Shown here piece by piece: positions 37,234 to 41,070 of a stretch of DNA of 41,070 nt. Made by a program: the position numbers and the translations under genes. Under the pieces are notes generated by a model. That model made no database searches, was not told the origin of the DNA, and saw only the letters and a program-made list of their open reading frames with translations. Numbering within the stretch: position 1 is the stretch's first letter; each line of letters starts with the position of its first letter. The DNA comes from Candidatus Vogelbacteria bacterium (lineage in GTDB: Bacteria > Patescibacteriota > Minisyncoccia > Phycocordibacterales > JACRKE01): the NCBI GenBank assembly GCA_016215335.1, contig JACRKE010000015.1:1-41070 (forward strand), written 5' to 3'.

Positions 37234-38250
37234 TTAGAAATAATTTATCTGCATTGCCGTCTTCACGTCCCTAAGCGTCTTTGCTGATATATTGCAAGCC
37301 CTTTCAGTTCCTTCTTTTAGTATTTTAAGTATTTGATCTGAATTCTGCGCAAGTTCTTCGCGGTTTCTTCGAATGGGACCTATCTCATTTTCCAACACTT
37401 CAATAAGTCTCTTTTTAATGACAACATCTCCAACTCCTCCGGCCTTGTATTTTTCTTTTAGTTCCCCTAGTCCTTTCGGGTCATTGTCAAATACGTCTAA
37501 ATATTCGAAAACAACGTTGCCTTCAATGTGCCCCGGGTCTGTCGCGTGAATATGTGCTGGATCAGTATACATATTCATTACTTTTTCTGCTAAAACCTTT
37601 GATGAATCCGCGAGAAAAATAGCATTCCCAGTACTTTTGCCCATTTTGGACTTACCATCAGTTCCAGATAGTCTCGCTGCAATCCTCGGGACAATTGCCT
37701 TGACTCTCGGGAATGTTGCGGTGTAGAGTGCATTAAATTTGTCTACGATTTCATTCGTTTGTTCAATCATTGGCAGTTGATCCTCGCCAGCCGGCACGAC
37801 ACACGCTTTTACACACAATATGTCCGCTGCTTGACTTACGGGGTAACACATAAAACCTGCAGGAATATTCTGACCATAGCCTTTTTGATTAACTTCATCC
37901 TTAACCGTGGGGTTTCGAATGAGGCGCGATACTGTAACAAGATTTAGAAAATATATGGTGAGATCGGCAATCTCCGGCACCATTGACTGAATAAAAAAAG
38001 TGTTCTTGTGAGGATCTACTCCGCACGCGATATTATCTATTGTGGTCTCTAAAATATTAGCTCTAATTTTTGCCGGATTGTCGGCGTTGTCGGTGAGCGC
38101 TTGAACATCCGCGACAAGTATGAATTGATCATAATCATCCTGCATTTTTACGCGATTTTTAAAAGAGCCAACATAATGCCCCAAATGCATTTTGCCGGTC
38201 GGCCGGTCTCCCGTGAGAGCAATTTTTCTTTTTATAGTTCCATTTTCCAT
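37234..38250 (-). CDS. trpS: Tryptophanyl-tRNA synthetase
   Basis: 338 aa with GDRPTGKMHLGHYVG (HIGH region) and KMGKS (KMSKS motif). Confidence 0.93.
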   Translation of the reverse strand: MENGTIKRKIALTGDRPTGKMHLGHYVGSFKNRVKMQDDYDQFILVADVQALTDNADNPAKIRANILETTIDNIACGVDPHKNTFFIQSMVPEIADLTIYFLNLVTVSRLIRNPTVKDEVNQKGYGQNIPAGFMCYPVSQAADILCVKACVVPAGEDQLPMIEQTNEIVDKFNALYTATFPRVKAIVPRIAARLSGTDGKSKMGKSTGNAIFLADSSKVLAEKVMNMYTDPAHIHATDPGHIEGNVVFEYLDVFDNDPKGLGELKEKYKAGGVGDVVIKKRLIEVLENEIGPIRRNREELAQNSDQILKILKEGTERACNISAKTLRDVKTAMQINYF

Positions 38251-38300
38251 ATAATGTCATGATAGCAGGTTGCTGGAAGACTGCCAATCAGTCTAACAAA

Positions 38301-38342
38301 TAAAGTAAGGTTCGACCTTGCGTAAGGTCGAACCTTACTTTA
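38301..38342. repeat. REP-like hairpin, left flank of the Y1 transposase gene
   Basis: taaagtaaggttcgacctt-gcgt-aaggtcgaaccttacttta. The stem core gtaaggttcgacctt is identical to that of the hairpin at 39046-39085. Confidence 0.9.
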
Positions 38343-38370
38343 CGACTTGATTTGCTGTATACTTAAAAAT

Positions 38371-39034
38371 ATGAACAGAGTCCCCATTGAATTAGACACG
38401 TTCCACCATATTTACAACCGAGGAACCGATAAAAGACTTATTTTCATGGACGATAAAGACCGTGAGCTTTTTTCTCAAATATCTGCATATTTTGAATGAT
38501 GCAGATATTGAAAGTCCCAGTAGAAATTTATCACTGCATCTACGGCCTCAAACTGTCAGTAAAAGACTTACGAATATTTGCGCGTTTTGCATGATGCCAA
38601 ACCACTTTCACCTTTTATTGTACGAGTGTACACCCGGCGGGATTAGCAAGTTGCTACAACGGCTGGGAACTGCATTTACAATGTATTTCAACGAAAAATA
38701 TGAAAGAAGCGGGGCTTTATTTCAGGGAGGTTTCAAAAGCCGTCTTATCGAAGACGAGGTTTACCTGATGCAAGTAATCGACTACATTCATCTAAATCCA
38801 ATTCAACACAAGGAAATGGATGGTTCTAAGAAAGGTTTATTTAAAAGCGATCTACAATTTCTTGATGACTATCCGTGGTCAAGTTATAAAGATTATTGCG
38901 GAGAAGAGACCTACTCAAATATTCTGCAACGAGATGTGCTGAACGAATATTTGGAAATGCCAAAAGATTACAAAGCATGGCTTCAAGGGCAACACGACTT
39001 CGAGGACATTCGCTCATTAGCAATTGATATGTAA
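38371..39034 (+). pseudogene. IS200/IS605-family Y1 (HUH) transposase, RAYT-like, interrupted by a frameshift in a T6 run (38468-38473)
   Basis: Frame 1 gives MNRVPIELDTFHHIYNRGTDKRLIFMDDKDRE (HUH motif) and stops at 38497. Frame 2 (ORF 38462-39034) continues with FLKYLHILND...MMPNHFHLLL...FQGGFKS...YIHLNP (catalytic Tyr). Confidence 0.85.
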
Positions 39035-39045
39035 CTCATGTCCGA

Positions 39046-39085
39046 CCAGTAAGGTTCGACCTTACGAAAGGTCGAACCTTACTGG
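39046..39085. repeat. REP-like hairpin, right flank of the Y1 transposase gene
   Basis: ccagtaaggttcgacctt-acga-aaggtcgaaccttactgg. The loop is nearly the reverse complement of the left-flank loop, so the two copies are inverted. Confidence 0.9.
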
Positions 39086-39095
39086 AATCACTATA

Positions 39096-39133
39096 AAACA
39101 AAAAACGCACCAACTTTCGCTGATGTGTTTTTT
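39096..39133. terminator. Bidirectional terminator separating the transposase (+) from the GC-rich operon (-)
   Basis: Stem caccaac/gctgatgtg with G.U pairs. An A-tract lies upstream and ttttttg downstream on the plus strand. The minus strand reads cacatcagcgaaagttggtgcgtttttt. Confidence 0.6.
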
Positions 39134-39137
39134 GTGT

Positions 39138-39257
39138 GAGTCGATTGAAGGGTTACCTCCTTTCGCGTATCGACTCGCCACGCGCCACCGTTCGGTGGAC
39201 TTTGTTGTGTAGTCGTTCCAGATAGGCGACCTGTGTAGGGCTTCCACGTCGCCTATC
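39138..39257 (-). other. Structured non-coding tail of the GC-rich operon (three hairpins), candidate ncRNA or 3'UTR element
   Basis: Hairpins gagtcgat...atcgactc (39138-39176), ccacc-gttc-ggtgg (39185-39198) and gataggcgac-17 nt-gtcgcctatc (39221-39257). The last is bracketed by the 8-bp direct repeat tagtcgtt (39210-39217 and 39262-39269). Confidence 0.45.
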
Positions 39258-39260
39258 GAC

Positions 39261-39701
39261 CTAGTCGTTGCCACACAGGTCGGCGGAAACTTTTCGCCGC
39301 CTCTCGGCCTCCTTTCTCGCGTCAACGAGCTTCGTGAAGCGTTGGAGTATGTGTCTCCGCACGCTTACCAGTATCGCCTCTCGACCCGCCTCGGGTAGTG
39401 CCGCGAGGCCGATGCCCGAGAGAAGGATTCTCCTAACCTCGAGCAAAACTGCCTCTGTTCTACTTGGCTGAACCCTAGCGATAGGGTCACGCACGCAAAT
39501 GATGTTTTCGACCATCGCAATTGTGAGGTGCTTAACGTCATCGTGCAGTAACGCCTCGACTGCCTCATTCGAGACTTGCGTTAGCTGACCCATGGCTTCA
39601 TCCGCCGCAATCAGGGCTTTCATACTCCTGCGCATGTCAATCTCGCGCAGGTCATTGAAGCTGGCAAACGCCACCAAAAAGTTTTCCGCTAGTCTATCCA
39701 T
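39261..39701 (-). CDS. GC-rich hypothetical helical protein with a polybasic-CGND C-terminus (island 3, gene 4)
   Basis: 146 aa. AGGAGG lies 7 nt upstream of the ATG. TAG stop. The tail is RKEAERRRKVSADLCGND*. Confidence 0.65.
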   Translation of the reverse strand: MDRLAENFLVAFASFNDLREIDMRRSMKALIAADEAMGQLTQVSNEAVEALLHDDVKHLTIAMVENIICVRDPIARVQPSRTEAVLLEVRRILLSGIGLAALPEAGREAILVSVRRHILQRFTKLVDARKEAERRRKVSADLCGND

Positions 39702-39714
39702 CTCGTGACCTCCT

Positions 39715-40074
39715 TTACTTGGTTGTCGCTTTGGCTGGAGCGATTGCTTCGAGTAGATGCTCCACGAACTTCGGGTCGCCGCTGGTGGTGACGCTCAATC
39801 GTCCTTGCGCAACATCTGAAATATTGTAGATGTTGGCGAAGTGGACGGGCGTCAACCCGATAACGCTTCTGCCCTTGTTGCGGTTGGCCATCAGGTGTGG
39901 CTCATCATTCCAGATTACGAGCGCTCCAAGCTCGATCTGCTCAAGCGTCTTCGCGTTCGCCGTCACTCGTTCCGATGATAGCCGTTCGCGTTCGTTGGGA
40001 CGCGAATCTATGGAGGTTATGAAATACATCCAGCCTGCCATCATGGCCGCCAGCGCAACGAAGCTGGCAATCAT
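39715..40074 (-). CDS. GC-rich hypothetical TM-anchored protein (island 3, gene 3); SD-preceded ATG at 40101 is in frame but separated by TGA 40084-40086
   Basis: 119 aa with an N-terminal TM (IASFVALAAMMAGWMYFI). There is no SD before the ATG at 40074. AAAGGAG-5 nt-ATG at 40099-40101 gives MRNIM-TGA-TCFMIAS... in the same frame. Confidence 0.6.
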   Translation of the reverse strand: MIASFVALAAMMAGWMYFITSIDSRPNERERLSSERVTANAKTLEQIELGALVIWNDEPHLMANRNKGRSVIGLTPVHFANIYNISDVAQGRLSVTTSGDPKFVEHLLEAIAPAKATTK

Positions 40075-40124
40075 GAAGCATGTTCACATGATGTTACGCA
40101 TTTGCACTCCTTTATCTATGTTGG

Positions 40125-40358
40125 TCACCTGTTCATGGTACGGTACGCAGCGCTGAGGAGGCTCATAAATCTTCCCGTAGCTACGCACGGAAGTGCGAGG
40201 ACTTGCCGCTTGCCCCCGAGTTCGGGGGCGTCCATTGATAGACAAACTACGTCCGCCTGATTCTCATCGAGTTTGATCTCAAGCTCGAATACGGCAAGAA
40301 CGTAGCCTGTCGGCTCGCCGCGCTCGTCGAGCACGGCGATGGTTTCCTTGAACTTCAT
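40125..40358 (-). CDS. GC-rich hypothetical small soluble protein (island 3, gene 2)
   Basis: 77 aa. AAGGAGG lies 5 nt upstream of the ATG. It ends at TGA 40125-40127, with an in-frame TAG three codons later at 40116-40118. Confidence 0.6.
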   Translation of the reverse strand: MKFKETIAVLDERGEPTGYVLAVFELEIKLDENQADVVCLSMDAPELGGKRQVLALPCVATGRFMSLLSAAYRTMNR

Positions 40359-40382
40359 CCAGACCTCCTTGATTACCGTTTG

Positions 40383-40916
40383 CTATTCATGGTCGTTGTA
40401 ATCATTTTCGGCATCAAGATACGCAAGGGCCTCTGTTGCGAACCGCCTACACTCTAGGCGGAGCATGAGACCGAGCACGATCGCTGGCAGGCCAATCGTG
40501 CGCGCGAGGAAAATCAGCGCGAGACCGTCATCGGCCGCCACTGCCTTCGGCACTGCAAGTATATTTCCAAGCAGTACCACAACCCACGAAAGCATCGGCT
40601 CGGTGTTCTCCTCTGCTTGGAAAGCGAGGTGAATTATGAGTCGAACGTAGCCAAGAGTCATAGCGATCTGACACACGACGTATGTCGAGACCGCAAGAGC
40701 AGTTACGCGCCACCAGATAAAAGTTCCGCCTACCAGCGCGTAGCAAGCCCAGTCGAGCCAGTCGTGTTCGAGCTTGGCTCGCCGATGATTGCGTATCACC
40801 GCGGCACACATTACAAGAGAGAACGGCGCGGCAAGGTTGCCGCTCAAGTTCGCAGTGACACTCGCGCCCGGGTTGTGTCGCCAGTAGGCAAAAAAACTGA
40901 TCCAGAGCGCGAGCAC
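40383..40916 (-). CDS. GC-rich hypothetical polytopic membrane protein, about 6 TM (island 3, gene 1), possibly 5'-truncated at the inverted repeat
   Basis: 177 aa from a GTG start with no SD. The open hydrophobic frame continues upstream (KISFVIHSFWIIAV) across the repeat boundary at 40932. Confidence 0.55.
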   Translation of the reverse strand: MLALWISFFAYWRHNPGASVTANLSGNLAAPFSLVMCAAVIRNHRRAKLEHDWLDWACYALVGGTFIWWRVTALAVSTYVVCQIAMTLGYVRLIIHLAFQAEENTEPMLSWVVVLLGNILAVPKAVAADDGLALIFLARTIGLPAIVLGLMLRLECRRFATEALAYLDAENDYNDHE

Positions 40917-40931
40917 AGCGATGATCCAGAA

Positions 40932-41065
40932 GCTGTGAATTACGAAACTAATTTTCCGTCGGTTTTGCGGCCATCACTAAAATCTCTCAGCCGTCTGAGT
41001 TTTTGAATCGTCACATCACACACAACACACGAAAGAAACGAGAATCGGTTTACACTAACACAAAT
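40932..41065. repeat. Right arm of the perfect terminal inverted repeat (partner 1-134)
   Basis: It is the exact reverse complement of 1-134. Five further bases (41066-41070) have no counterpart only because the window starts there. Confidence 0.95.
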
Positions 41066-41070
41066 GAAAG

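Overview
This 41 kb window is an AT-rich, gene-dense chromosomal fragment. Its reduced housekeeping genes suggest a CPR/Patescibacteria (Parcubacteria-like) bacterium, but that placement is an inference. Recognisable content: the mreBCD-PBP2 module; a dcw cluster split into two oppositely oriented pieces (mraZ-rsmH-ftsL-ftsI-murF and mraY-ATPgrasp-ftsW-murG); six aminoacyl-tRNA synthetases (proS, lysS, cysS, gltX, aspS, trpS); ribosomal proteins L21, L9 and L27; greA, recR, dnaB, scpAB, a corA-like gene, an S41 protease, an M23 peptidase, an S11 carboxypeptidase, a two-gene PEP-utilising enzyme and one tRNA-Glu(CUC). Host genes mostly have TTGxxx-17-TATAAT-like promoters only 6-10 nt from the ATG and no Shine-Dalgarno, so they look leaderless. 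Three minus-strand islands stand out: about 8245-8876, 21971-22716 and 39096-40931. They are visibly GC-rich, carry canonical AAGGAGG ribosome-binding sites and GC hairpin terminators, and encode proteins I mostly cannot place. They contain in-frame TGA codons that read better as sense. One lies at the conserved Trp position of a histidine-phosphatase RHGxTxW motif. The host genes clearly use TGA as a stop. Two island proteins share a polybasic-CGN[GD] C-terminus. Other notable structure: a perfect inverted repeat of at least 134 bp at the two window ends; a frameshifted IS200/RAYT-type Y1 transposase flanked by near-identical 18-bp-stem hairpins; two tandem 34-bp perfect palindromes inserted in frame in a coding gene; a repeat-rich mraY leader; a (TAGGGNN)5 G-tract array; and a four-box MraZ operator. 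No CRISPR array, rRNA or recognisable defence system was seen.
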